Virus record (IMG/VR): IMGVR_UViG_3300045988_048834
Coordinates: 1 to 38,438 of that record
Length of the DNA stretch: 38,438 nt
Strand: one strand, 5' to 3'
DNA from: a virus
Every line of letters begins with the position of its first letter. Positions within the stretch are counted from its first letter, which is position 1. Positions 23,802-32,377 of the stretch are shown here, piece after piece. Below the pieces are notes generated by a model that saw only the letters and a list, made by a program, of their open reading frames with translations, did no database searches and had not been told where the DNA came from. The translations under genes and the position numbers were made by a program.

Positions 23802-25201
23802 CCGACACCACCTCCCTGCACTTTCTTCAGGTCGTCGGCCAGATAGCTTTCAATGCCCGCGCCGGTGCTGTACCAGCGCTTGTACCGTTCCAGCGCATTA
23901 ATGTCTCCGTCCCGCCCTGCGCGCTCGCCGTTCGGCCCGAGGCGCACTGCGAAGCACTCGCGGTATTGAAAGCCGTTCACATGGCAGGAAAAGCGCGCCA
24001 GATCATCCACGGCAATGATAAGCCGCCCGCCGTCTGCCATCTTCCGCTCACGGATCGTCAGGCCCAGGTCCTTCAGCCGCGTCACAAGCGGCCAGCTGTC
24101 AAACGCCTCCAGCTCCTGCCGGGCCAGCGCCTGCCACTTTTCGGCCTCCTCCTGCCGGGCACGCTCCTGATTACGCTTGCCCTTCACCTCGGCCTTGTAC
24201 GCCGCCAGATCGTCCATGTTGATGTACAGACGCTTAGCGGCATCGAAGAAGTCCCGAGGATACAGCAGGCTCTCTGCCAGCACCTCATCCGTATCGGCAG
24301 GGTCCCGCATCTGTACCCGGACGCCGCGGGAATCGACAGGCTCAATGTGCAGCAGCGCATCCGTCTCACTCTCGGTCAGATTCAGCGTCACCGGCTCCAG
24401 CTTTCGGGCATTCAGCCCATGGTCAGCGTAGTTCCATTCGCTCTTGCGAACGTAGTCGAGCTTCTTCAGCTGGTCAGCCAGGCCGCACTCGACCAGATAC
24501 TTGATGGCCGCCCGCCGAGCCAGAGCGGTGATGGGCGGCATGCCGGCGTACCCGTTTCTGGCGTGTTCTGCCTGCTGCACCTTGTACAGCTTGCTGCACT
24601 CATAGGCGCGGGTCATCGTGATCTCGCCTTTTTCCAACATTTGCACAACCTCGGCTGTGCAATTATTGAGAATCGCGTTGAATCTTCCCAGCGTCCCGGT
24701 GCCGTCTCCGGTAATGCGGCTCATCTCATCACGGATTCGGCCATCGAGCGCGCCCGCTGCCTTTTTGCGTTCAAGCGCCTGCTTGAGTGCCCGGTACTGG
24801 CGCAGCCGCTCACCGTCCGTCAGCTCGCGCGCCGTGGCGTTGGAGGTGATCAGCGCGATCAGGTCATCATCCACGCCCTGGCTTTGGTGGATGACACAGG
24901 GCAGGACTTCAAACCCGGTCACGCCCTCAACCGTCAGCGCCTGGCACGCGGTCCAACGGCGGTGTCCGGCCAGCAGCATATATTTACCGTTCTGGGCGGG
25001 CAGGACCTCCAGCGGGCTGCGCAGTCCCCGCTCGGCAATGTCCGCCTTGAGCATCGACACATCCCCGATCTCGTAGATGCTGTTCTCCGGGTTCGGCTCA
25101 ATATCGGCGGCGGGCAGCATGACGATCTGCATCTTCTGCCCCGCCGGGGCGTTGGCTTTTGTGTTGCCGAGAATGTCGTTGATAGAAAATCCCTTGCTCA
25201 T
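23798..25201 (-). CDS. parB: ParB-like N-terminal-domain protein with a long unknown C-terminal region
   Basis: NPENSIYEIGDVSMLKADIAERGLRSPLEVLPAQNGKYMLLAGHRRWTA is the ParB/Srx fold with the GHRR arginine patch. It is encoded directly after parA. Confidence 0.75.
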   Translation of the reverse strand: MSKGFSINDILGNTKANAPAGQKMQIVMLPAADIEPNPENSIYEIGDVSMLKADIAERGLRSPLEVLPAQNGKYMLLAGHRRWTACQALTVEGVTGFEVLPCVIHQSQGVDDDLIALITSNATARELTDGERLRQYRALKQALERKKAAGALDGRIRDEMSRITGDGTGTLGRFNAILNNCTAEVVQMLEKGEITMTRAYECSKLYKVQQAEHARNGYAGMPPITALARRAAIKYLVECGLADQLKKLDYVRKSEWNYADHGLNARKLEPVTLNLTESETDALLHIEPVDSRGVRVQMRDPADTDEVLAESLLYPRDFFDAAKRLYINMDDLAAYKAEVKGKRNQERARQEEAEKWQALARQELEAFDSWPLVTRLKDLGLTIRERKMADGGRLIIAVDDLARFSCHVNGFQYRECFAVRLGPNGERAGRDGDINALERYKRWYSTGAGIESYLADDLKKVQGGGVG

Positions 25202-25204
25202 CGC

Positions 25205-25987
25205 TCAGCCCTCCTTTGTGTCCACATTGGACACGATCTCGTCGACCTCACCGGCCAGCGCCTTGTAATCGTCCGTGGCCGTACATTTCGGCGCGAACTC
25301 CCGCAGCGGCTTGTGGGCGCTCTTGGCCTCGCTGACCTTGACCGTGTAGCGGATGACCGTTCGCAGCATCGGGACGCCCTGTGCACTCAGCTGCCGGATA
25401 ACGTCCGCCGCGTATTTGGTGTGACGATATTTTGTCATCATCGCGCCCATAATCTTAAGCCGCGGATTGTAATACATCTGGACGCGCTCGATCTGGTCGA
25501 TGATCTCGTCCATGCCATCGCACGCCCACTCGTCACAGTCCACCGGGATGATGACCCAGTCCGCCGCGCACAGGGCGTTGATGCTTCCCATGTCCAGATC
25601 GGGCGGGCAGTCCAGCAGGCAATAGTCGTAATTCTCGGCCACATGCTCCAGCGCATCCCGCAGGCGGTACTGCTGCGGCTCGGTGGTATCCATCAGGATC
25701 ATGCGGTTGGCTTTGAGAAGCCGCATATCACCGGGCAGCAGGTGGACGCCGGGCAGGCCGGTATCCTCGACGATGGCGGCGTTGGCGAAGCGCTCGCCCA
25801 GCAGCACCTCGGCCACCGATAGGCGGTCATAATCGAGCCAGCCGAAAAACTTGCTTGTGTTGCCCTGTTTATCCAGGTCCACCACCAGAACGCTCTTGCT
25901 CTTGGCGGCCAATTCGGCGGCCAGGTTGCAGGCGGTGACGGATTTCCCGACGCCGCCCTTCAAGTTGATGATTGCGATTTTGTCCAT
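25205..25987 (-). CDS. parA: ParA-family partition ATPase
   Basis: The deviant Walker A KGGVGKS lies in MDKIAIINLKGGVGKSVTACNLA. 260 aa. Confidence 0.85.
   Translation of the reverse strand: MDKIAIINLKGGVGKSVTACNLAAELAAKSKSVLVVDLDKQGNTSKFFGWLDYDRLSVAEVLLGERFANAAIVEDTGLPGVHLLPGDMRLLKANRMILMDTTEPQQYRLRDALEHVAENYDYCLLDCPPDLDMGSINALCAADWVIIPVDCDEWACDGMDEIIDQIERVQMYYNPRLKIMGAMMTKYRHTKYAADVIRQLSAQGVPMLRTVIRYTVKVSEAKSAHKPLREFAPKCTATDDYKALAGEVDEIVSNVDTKEG
25218..25234. repeat. GTGTCC-N5-GGACAC palindrome, perfect copy
   Basis: gtgtcc acatt ggacac; lies in the last codons of parA, abutting the parB RBS. Confidence 0.95.
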
Positions 25988-26008
25988 CTTGTAAATCCCC
26001 CTGTAAAA

Positions 26009-27370
26009 TTATAGTTGCTGTTGCTCGTAGCTTTCAAATTTCGGGCCGCTCTCGCCGCCCTCGTCCTGCTGGTAGATGTCGCCATCGGGTATCCAGTCGT
26101 GGTACTGCGGGCGCCACTGCATGGGCACCTCGCCCAGACCGCCTTCCCGATTTTTGGCGATCATGATGCCGGTAGCCCGGTAGTCGTTGGTGTCGTGCAG
26201 TTCTGCCCCGCCGGGCGGTAATGTGCGCACCATAACAACTGCGTTGGCGTCCTGTTCTATCGTGCCGCTGCCACGCAGTTCGGCCAGCGTGCCGTACTGG
26301 GCCGCCGCGCCGCCGCGGTTGAGCTGGCACAGCTCGATGATGACGATTCCCATCTGCATGGCTAAAAGTTTTAACTGCCGGGTTATCTCGCTCAGGCGGT
26401 CATACTCCTTGGCCCGCGGGTCTGTACTCGCGATCAGGCCGATGTGGTCGATGATCGCCACATCCGGCTTGTAGGTCAGCAGCCGGGCGCGGATCATGTC
26501 CAGCGTCGCCGCGCCGCCCACGTCCTCGACATCCTCCAGGATCATGTTGTGGTGGTTTGCCATCATGGCCTGCACAGCCTTGATATTAGCAAGCTCCTGT
26601 CGGCTGAGCTTTCGGTCCCGCATTCGGCCCGCGTCCACCCGAGCCGTCTTCGAGATGATTCGGTGCATCAGCTTCACAGCGCTTTCTTCCAGCGTCAGGT
26701 AGTAGACTTTTTTCCGCAGGCTCAACCGGGCCGCCAGGTTGATGGTCAGGTCGGTCTTGCCGCAGCCTGGCCGCCCGGCCACGACCACGGTGTTGGTCGG
26801 TTCAAACAGGCCGTAGCGGTCCACCTGCCGCCAGCCGGTACGCAGCAGGGTGTCTGGCTTTTCCAGCGCGGCCACCGCCTTCTCCAGCACAGCGGCGAAT
26901 GTCTGCCCGCTGCCGTCGGCCTGGGTAGCCAGAATGGCGTCCTGCATATTCAGCGCGGCCCGCACCTTGGCGCAGATGCGGTCGGCGTTGCTGTTGCTGC
27001 TGCACGCGGCCAGCAGGGCCGATTGCAGCAGGTCAAGCCGGTAGTCCTCGACAACAAGCGTGGCGTAGTTGTCCAGGTTGGACACCGCCGGGCAGGTCTC
27101 CGCCGCCCGGGTGACGTAGACCTTGACGTCGGCCACGTCCTGGTTGTTTTCCTGGGCGGCCCGGCTGACGATGAGGACAGGGTCGCCCACATCCTCGCCC
27201 GCGTAGGCCATACGCTGCATTGCGGCGAATACATCCCGCCGGGTGCCCTCTTCGAACATAGCGGGGGAGAGTTTCAGCACCGCCGCCCGGGCCGCTTTTT
27301 TATTGCTCATGCCCCGCAGCATCACAGCGCCGATGAACGCGTCTTGATGCGTTAACGTCTCGGCGCTCAT
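26009..27370 (-). CDS. dnaB: DnaB-type replicative helicase
   Basis: Walker A GRPGCGKT and a RecA-like C-terminal domain. The ATG at 27370 overlaps the upstream stop (ATGA); the ORF track extends to 27388. Confidence 0.85.
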   Translation of the reverse strand: MSAETLTHQDAFIGAVMLRGMSNKKAARAAVLKLSPAMFEEGTRRDVFAAMQRMAYAGEDVGDPVLIVSRAAQENNQDVADVKVYVTRAAETCPAVSNLDNYATLVVEDYRLDLLQSALLAACSSNSNADRICAKVRAALNMQDAILATQADGSGQTFAAVLEKAVAALEKPDTLLRTGWRQVDRYGLFEPTNTVVVAGRPGCGKTDLTINLAARLSLRKKVYYLTLEESAVKLMHRIISKTARVDAGRMRDRKLSRQELANIKAVQAMMANHHNMILEDVEDVGGAATLDMIRARLLTYKPDVAIIDHIGLIASTDPRAKEYDRLSEITRQLKLLAMQMGIVIIELCQLNRGGAAAQYGTLAELRGSGTIEQDANAVVMVRTLPPGGAELHDTNDYRATGIMIAKNREGGLGEVPMQWRPQYHDWIPDGDIYQQDEGGESGPKFESYEQQQL

Positions 27371-28134
27371 TCTTCCCACGCTCCCCACAATTTGGTGATG
27401 TCGCCGTCGGGGTCAAGTACCGGCGTGGGCGGCGGCGGGCTGTGCGGTGTCTGCCGCGCCGCCGGGGCGGCCACACCGTCCGGTTCATCCTCCCACCGGC
27501 GCTGATTTAGCCAGGTGGCCGGGTTGGGGATGTAGCCGCGCAGCCATGTGTCACTCTGGCGCTGTGTCTCAATGGCCCGCAGCATCCCGTCCAGCAGGGC
27601 AGCGTCCGGGCGGATGCGCTCAAAGCTGCGTTCAGCGGCCCCCTTGCCGACCTTGCGCGGGTAAGCCGCCCAGAACCGGTCAAACCCTCGTGCGCACGCA
27701 CGCGTTGTGTTGTTATTACTTGTATTATTATTCTTGTATTGTTTTCCCGCAGTTTTCTGCGGGGGTGGGGCGCAGTTTTCTGCGGGGGTATCCCCGCAAT
27801 TTTCTGCGGGGGTGGCGCTTAAATCTGCGGGGGTCTGCCGGACGTCCCGCAAGCCGAAAAGCGGGGTCATGCGGCGCTCGCACCGACCCTGTCCGGCACC
27901 GCCGAACACTTCCACCGTGATGTACTCACAGTCGGCCAAGTTTTTTATCCATCCCTGAACAGTCCGTTCCCCGGCTCCGTACAGCTCGATAAAATACCGG
28001 TTCGACGCGTAGCAGTATCCGGTCTGGTCGGCCAGCGCCGTGATCTCGCTGTATAAAATCCGCTCCATCGGTTTCAGTCGCGTGTCGTACCGCACGGCGG
28101 CGGGCAGTATCGCAAAAAAAGCAGGTTTGTCCAT
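27367..28134 (-). CDS. Replisome organizer / DnaD-like replication initiator
   Basis: An N-terminal winged-HTH pattern (FAILPAAVRYDTRLKPMERILYSEITALADQTGYCYASNRYF) and a C-terminal FDRFWAAYPRKVGK motif. Iterons lie inside the gene. Confidence 0.7.
   Translation of the reverse strand: MDKPAFFAILPAAVRYDTRLKPMERILYSEITALADQTGYCYASNRYFIELYGAGERTVQGWIKNLADCEYITVEVFGGAGQGRCERRMTPLFGLRDVRQTPADLSATPAENCGDTPAENCAPPPQKTAGKQYKNNNTSNNNTTRACARGFDRFWAAYPRKVGKGAAERSFERIRPDAALLDGMLRAIETQRQSDTWLRGYIPNPATWLNQRRWEDEPDGVAAPAARQTPHSPPPPTPVLDPDGDITKLWGAWEE
27704..27833. other. Candidate replication origin: AT-rich tract plus four 18-bp iterons inside the initiator gene
   Basis: CGCAGTTTTCTGCGGGGG occurs at 27748-27765 and 27771-27788, CGCAATTTTCTGCGGGGG at 27795-27812, and a degenerate copy at 27816-27833. 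The adjacent AT-rich stretch at 27704-27747 stands out in otherwise GC-rich DNA. Confidence 0.65.
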
Positions 28135-28230
28135 GTCAGTACCTCTAAAAAAGGCTGACCTTAATACAGGGGTGCGCCGCGCTGTTTTTTAGCAGCGCAT
28201 CCCTGTTCAGGTCTTATCAAGTTTTAAACG

Positions 28231-28677
28231 TCAGAACGGCAGGTCGCCCTCATCCTCGATCATGGCGAAGTCGTCACCCGGCCCGCGGCTGTACTCCGGT
28301 GCGGGCGCACCCACTCTGGGTCCCTCAGCGGGAGCTGAAAGAGCCCCTGCGTTGTCCGCCTTGCTGCCGCAAAAATTGATGTTGTTGGCCACAACCTCCA
28401 GCACGGTGCGGTTGGTGCCGTCCTTGGCTGTGTAGGTGCGGCTCTGCAGCCGTCCATCCACCGCTACCATCTGGCCCTTAGTGAGCCATTTATAGGCAAA
28501 CTCGGCGGCACGCTCCCATGCAATGACGGGTATCCAGTCCGCCACGCTCTTGCCGTTGGCGTCCCTGCGCCCGCGATCCACGGCCAGGGTGAATGTCGCC
28601 ACCTGCTTGCCCGTGTTGGTCTGCCGCAGCTCCGGGTCACGGGCCAGGCGGCCCTGCAGCGCTATCACATTAAGCAT
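28231..28677 (-). CDS. ssb: Single-stranded DNA-binding protein
   Basis: OB-fold pattern MLNVIALQGRLARDPELRQT ... and the acidic C-terminal tip DEGDLPF. Confidence 0.9.
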   Translation of the reverse strand: MLNVIALQGRLARDPELRQTNTGKQVATFTLAVDRGRRDANGKSVADWIPVIAWERAAEFAYKWLTKGQMVAVDGRLQSRTYTAKDGTNRTVLEVVANNINFCGSKADNAGALSAPAEGPRVGAPAPEYSRGPGDDFAMIEDEGDLPF

Positions 28678-28686
28678 AAGGTCACC

Positions 28687-28752
28687 TCACTTTGTCAGCC
28701 ATGCGTAAATCAGAAGGCTGATAACAATAATTGCCACTGCGACCCAAGTCAT
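28687..28752 (-). CDS. Possible 21-aa hydrophobic micropeptide (MTWVAVAIIVISLLIYAWLTK)
   Basis: Below the ORF-track size cutoff. Its ATG overlaps the upstream stop (TGATG) and its stop lies 10 nt before the ssb ATG. Confidence 0.35.
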   Translation of the reverse strand: MTWVAVAIIVISLLIYAWLTK

Positions 28753-29495
28753 CAGATCATCACCACCACATTGCCGCTCTCGATCAGGTCGGCCAGCTTC
28801 TCGCCCAGATAGGCGGCAATGTTGCGCTTTGCCTCCAGCTTCCACGCGCCGCCGTCAGCCTCGTACAGCGCCGGGCGGCCTTCTTTGTTAAGGCGCAGCA
28901 GGAAGTCGCTGGCGGGCTGCTCGACCTCAAGGAAAGTGCGGTAGGGCTGCAGATGGACGATGGGCTGCACCGTCTGCTGCTCCTTCAGCACCGCGCCGGT
29001 CTTGACGCTGACCTCCTGACTGATCCCGTTGTCCACACTGGACACGCCCTGATTCACGTCGATGCGGCTCAGCAGCGCCAGCAGATAGTCACGGTCAGTG
29101 GTGACGGCGTACAGACTCTGCAGCTCCACGACGGCCTTCTCCTTGGTCATGCTCTGGTTTGTGGTAATGTCCGGCACGTCACTCACGGCCTCATACAGCG
29201 GCAGGCGGCTGTAGATCGCGTAGTCGCGGCCCGTGTAGGTGCTGTCCACTACGACCCGCCGGGCGCTGTCCACACGCACATACAGCAGCGGTGCCTGGGT
29301 GACGCCCTCGGTGCGGATCAGCTTGACCAGCGCCTCCAGAGTATCCACCGAGTACCGGTCCGGGAGTTCAACCTCCGGCTTGACCTCGTGCAGGTAGGTG
29401 GAGCAGAACTGATACCCGCTGCGCGTTTCCAGGGTGAAGGGGGTCGCCAGCTCCACAATGCGGTCAATAGCGTCTTTCAAAAAACTGTTTTCCAT
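28752..29495 (-). CDS. Early-region protein of unknown function
   Basis: 247-aa ORF in the recombination/replication operon. No motif recognised. Confidence 0.6.
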   Translation of the reverse strand: MENSFLKDAIDRIVELATPFTLETRSGYQFCSTYLHEVKPEVELPDRYSVDTLEALVKLIRTEGVTQAPLLYVRVDSARRVVVDSTYTGRDYAIYSRLPLYEAVSDVPDITTNQSMTKEKAVVELQSLYAVTTDRDYLLALLSRIDVNQGVSSVDNGISQEVSVKTGAVLKEQQTVQPIVHLQPYRTFLEVEQPASDFLLRLNKEGRPALYEADGGAWKLEAKRNIAAYLGEKLADLIESGNVVVMI

Positions 29496-29515
29496 TGTCT
29501 TGTCCTTTCTGTGTG

Positions 29516-29890
29516 TTAATACCCTGCACGGCCTACGCGGGCCATTGCGGGCATCGGTGTTTCATCGCCGTCCATGTCCACCTGTCCGGGCACCTGCGGC
29601 GTCATCTCGGCCAGCAGCAGGCTGCCGTCCCGCGCCTTGGTAATGCACAGGGACGTGCGCACCGGCGAGAGCGGCGCGAGGGTGGTCTTTGCCTGCGCGT
29701 CCATGCCGATCTGCTGGCGGTAGTCATCCGGTGCAAAGGTCAGCGTGATGGTGATCTTGCGCTTGGCCGTTGCGTTGGTGTTGGGGTCCATGATGTTCGC
29801 CACGACCCGTTCCACCTCATAGTCTGTGATCTCGGCAATCGCGCCCATCGCCATCTCCAGCACGCTCTTTTTGTTTACGATCTGGGGCAT
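29516..29890 (-). CDS. Early-region protein of unknown function
   Basis: The ATG at 29890 has RBS AGGAGGA; the ORF track extends to 30028. Confidence 0.55.
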   Translation of the reverse strand: MPQIVNKKSVLEMAMGAIAEITDYEVERVVANIMDPNTNATAKRKITITLTFAPDDYRQQIGMDAQAKTTLAPLSPVRTSLCITKARDGSLLLAEMTPQVPGQVDMDGDETPMPAMARVGRAGY

Positions 29891-29900
29891 AAGTATCCTC

Positions 29901-30197
29901 CTAAATTTCTTCTCCGAACACCTTGGCAAAGCTGCCGGGGCCGTGGAGATCATCAAAAGCAAATTGTGCTGCCTGTTCCAACACCCGCCGGGCAGCCGGG
30001 TCAAAATGGACGCCCAGGGGCGGCTCATTGTGATGGTTGTGGCACAGCCAGACCTTTAAGCCGTACCGCTCGCTCAGCTCCCGCCGCCCGCGTCCAAACA
30101 GGATGTGGTGCTCCTCCAGGCCGCGCGTGGTGCGCAGGTTATAGAACCGGCGGCAAAGATAGCACTCTTTGTCCTTCTGCAAAATGCTCTTAGCCAT
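29901..30197 (-). CDS. Small Cys/His-rich His-Me-finger (HNH-like) protein
   Basis: The ATG at 30197 has RBS GGAGG. Motifs CYLC ... EEHHILFG ... LCHNHH. Confidence 0.5.
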   Translation of the reverse strand: MAKSILQKDKECYLCRRFYNLRTTRGLEEHHILFGRGRRELSERYGLKVWLCHNHHNEPPLGVHFDPAARRVLEQAAQFAFDDLHGPGSFAKVFGEEI

Positions 30198-30762
30198 CCG
30201 CACGCCTCCAGTCTCGGTATTGCTCAGTGGTTTCGGCATCGTCAACACCGGCCTCGGCCAGCCGGTCAAAGATGCGCTCAATGAAATCGTGCATTTGCTG
30301 CCGAGTAAAGCTGCTGCTGCCCAGGCCGAGCCGGGCCACGCAGTAGCCGCCGTCCAGCACCTCCACCACCTGTACCACGCGGTACGCACGGCGCAAAGCA
30401 GGCAGTGCCTTAAGCGGCACGCGCCAGGTCTCCACCTCGGCACCGTAGTCGGCCAAAAGGTCCAGATAGCACTGTTCGGCAGTCACCCCGCCGGGGGTGC
30501 CGCCGCTCAATGCCTGGGCCAGCTTGTTCAGCAAGGCCCACATCAGTCTGTTCTGGTCCAGCGTCCGCTTGTCCCGCACCGGCTTGATCTCGATTTCTAC
30601 CATCAGGGGCTGGCCGCGGGCGCGGGCTTCCAGCTCGGTGTGCATCCGCCGCGCCTCCAGCAGGTATCCGTAGTCCACGGTCAGGCCCTCCATGCCGTCC
30701 AGGTCGGTGCGCCCGGTGGGGATGTACCACGCGGCCAGGTGTGCAATCAGTTTGCTTGCCAT
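30190..30762 (-). CDS. NinB/Orf-like recombination mediator
   Basis: RTLDQNRLMWALLNKLAQ resembles lambda NinB RSLDQNRKLWACLGDVS. GSSSFTRQQMHDFIERIFDRLAEAGV resembles the NinB C-terminal region. Confidence 0.6.
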   Translation of the reverse strand: MASKLIAHLAAWYIPTGRTDLDGMEGLTVDYGYLLEARRMHTELEARARGQPLMVEIEIKPVRDKRTLDQNRLMWALLNKLAQALSGGTPGGVTAEQCYLDLLADYGAEVETWRVPLKALPALRRAYRVVQVVEVLDGGYCVARLGLGSSSFTRQQMHDFIERIFDRLAEAGVDDAETTEQYRDWRRADG

Positions 30763-31313
30763 GCAATGATTCCCCCATCCCGCTTGCGCACGCGCAGGGC
30801 GGCGACGCTCTCGTCATCGTTGTAGGTGATGTCGTCCAGCGTGAGCACATCGTCCAGGATATACCGCTCGATAACGTTAGTGCCATCCTTGGCCTTTGGC
30901 ACAATATGCACTTTGCTAGCCGAGATGCGCAGGGGCGGCAGGTCAAACACGCCCTTGCCGATGCCCCATTCCGCCGCTGCCGCAATCAGGCTGCCGTCGG
31001 CCTCGTTGAGGTTGGCGTCGCTGTGCACGTGGTAGCCCGCCGGGCATGGAGCGTCCCGCGTGGCGTCGCCCAGCTGCACGGCGCAGTACAGCGCCCGCCC
31101 GCACACATAGCGCCGCAGGCTGTACCCGCCGGGAACCTGCGCCAGCTTGGCAGCCTTGCCCAGCACGCCGCGCACCGCGTCGGCATCGGGCCAGAGCTTG
31201 ATGCTCACACCATCCGCCGTCACCTTCACGACGCTGACGACCACATCCTTGGCATTCAGCAGCCCGAATGCCTGGGCCTGCTGCCTCTCGTTGGTTTTGA
31301 TTTCATTTTCCAT
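30747..31313 (-). CDS. Rad52/Sak-like single-strand annealing protein (candidate)
   Basis: The ATG at 31313 has RBS GAGGAGGA. AAAAEWGIGKGVFDLPP resembles the conserved FGIG-x-LY-x-LP motif of the Rad52-type SSAP family. It is adjacent to the NinB-like gene. Confidence 0.45.
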   Translation of the reverse strand: MENEIKTNERQQAQAFGLLNAKDVVVSVVKVTADGVSIKLWPDADAVRGVLGKAAKLAQVPGGYSLRRYVCGRALYCAVQLGDATRDAPCPAGYHVHSDANLNEADGSLIAAAAEWGIGKGVFDLPPLRISASKVHIVPKAKDGTNVIERYILDDVLTLDDITYNDDESVAALRVRKRDGGIIAWQAN

Positions 31314-31323
31314 AAGTTCCTCC

Positions 31324-32013
31324 TCACTGTGGGCCAATATAGACCCCATCGTCATCATACTGGGCGGGGTCGGCGTGCGGACCGTCCCAACCGTAGAGTA
31401 CGCCCCCCACCATGGCCGCCGCCTGACGGGCGTCCACGCTGATCTGCTCGTTGGCCTTGCTCACTATCATGTCAGGCCGCACGCCGAACATGGCGTGTTC
31501 GCCCCGGAAAATCCGTACCGGCAGCCCGGTCTTGGGCGCTATCGCGTAGCAGTACGCGGGCAGCCCTTTCTTGTCAATGTTCATCTTGATTTCTCCCTTT
31601 TTTCGTATTTGCGCCGGGGTCGCCCGGCTGTGCGGCAGTCGGCGCGCCGCGGTGGGGTTCTTTTCCTTCCAGCTCGTGCAGCGTAACGTGATCGCCGCGT
31701 TAGATATCTTCCCCGCGTAGCCCATCAGCTGCTTTACAACGTCCATGTCCACGCCGCCGTAGAACATCAGCACGGCCTCGTGCATCGTATTCTCGTCGGG
31801 CATGGTGTAGGTGTTGCCGCGATGGTTCCCGCCGCGGCCTCGCAGCTTGCTGGTGTAGGCCGCTTTGAGGGCGGCTTCGCTCTCAAAGCCCAGCGCGGCC
31901 AGCAGTGCGTCGTCGCCCACGTCCAAACACTGGGCACATTTGTGCAACGTGTCGACCAGATACTTACAGCCGCGCAGCCGCCCCTGCACCCAGGCGATAT
32001 CATCGGGCGTCAT
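31324..32013 (-). CDS. Early protein of unknown function (possible nested in-frame second start at about 31584)
   Basis: The ATG at 32013 has RBS GGAAGGAGG; the ORF track extends to 32142. An internal MNIDKKGLP start is preceded by GGGAGA. Confidence 0.55.
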   Translation of the reverse strand: MTPDDIAWVQGRLRGCKYLVDTLHKCAQCLDVGDDALLAALGFESEAALKAAYTSKLRGRGGNHRGNTYTMPDENTMHEAVLMFYGGVDMDVVKQLMGYAGKISNAAITLRCTSWKEKNPTAARRLPHSRATPAQIRKKGEIKMNIDKKGLPAYCYAIAPKTGLPVRIFRGEHAMFGVRPDMIVSKANEQISVDARQAAAMVGGVLYGWDGPHADPAQYDDDGVYIGPQ

Positions 32014-32031
32014 CTGCGCCCCTCCTTCCCT

Positions 32032-32048
32032 GTGTCCACGTTGGACAC
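32032..32048. repeat. GTGTCC-N5-GGACAC palindrome, perfect copy
   Basis: gtgtcc acgtt ggacac; fills the gap between the stop at 32051 and the RBS of CDS 31324..32013. Confidence 0.95.
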
Positions 32049-32050
32049 AC

Positions 32051-32377
32051 TTAAATTCTGCCGGGGTCGGCCCGGCTGATACGGCGGCGTGTTGGGGCGG
32101 CGGGCTGGCCCGCGTAGGCCGGGCCGGTGTGCCGGGTGTCAAACTCCGTGATGCCCGAAAGCGTCACCAGGTGGATGCGCGGCGTCGGGTTGACGGTCTC
32201 GCCAAACTCCCCGGCCCGCATCCAGCGGGTAATGGTGTCGTCGCTGACGCCGTACCGCTCGCACAGATCCTGCACGGTGTACAGCTCCTTGCGCTGCGGC
32301 GCGATCCTGCCCGCCACCCGGGCGGCCAGTTCTTCCAGCAGGGCGTCAAGGACAGGTTGTAATGCGGTGTTGTCCAT
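32051..32377 (-). CDS. Xis/MerR-type HTH DNA-binding protein
   Basis: YTVQDLCERYGVSDDTITRWMRAGEFGE is a typical excisionase-type HTH. Confidence 0.6.
   Translation of the reverse strand: MDNTALQPVLDALLEELAARVAGRIAPQRKELYTVQDLCERYGVSDDTITRWMRAGEFGETVNPTPRIHLVTLSGITEFDTRHTGPAYAGQPAAPTRRRISRADPGRI

Noticed and set aside
23348-25822. Very long plus-strand ORFs, including 824 aa at 23348..25822, 592 aa at 18877..20655, 433 aa at 11442..12743, 397 aa at 13091..14284 and 402 aa at 16873..18081.
   Set aside because: They run antisense to well-supported minus-strand genes (ParA/ParB, TerL/portal, TMP, tail, capsid). Their Arg/Pro/His/Gln-rich composition is typical of stop-poor antisense frames in high-GC DNA, and they have no RBS or motifs.
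27748-27833. A CRISPR-like array of regularly spaced repeats.
   Set aside because: There are only four 18-bp units with 3-6 nt between them, all inside a CDS next to an AT-rich tract. This fits replication iterons. No cas genes are present.
28135-28230. Nested hairpin (ACAGGG..GCGCTG..CAGCGC..CCCTGT) downstream of ssb as a terminator or ncRNA.
   Set aside because: The stems are short and the adjacent U-run is separated from the stem. I cannot distinguish it from an ordinary intergenic hairpin without folding energies.
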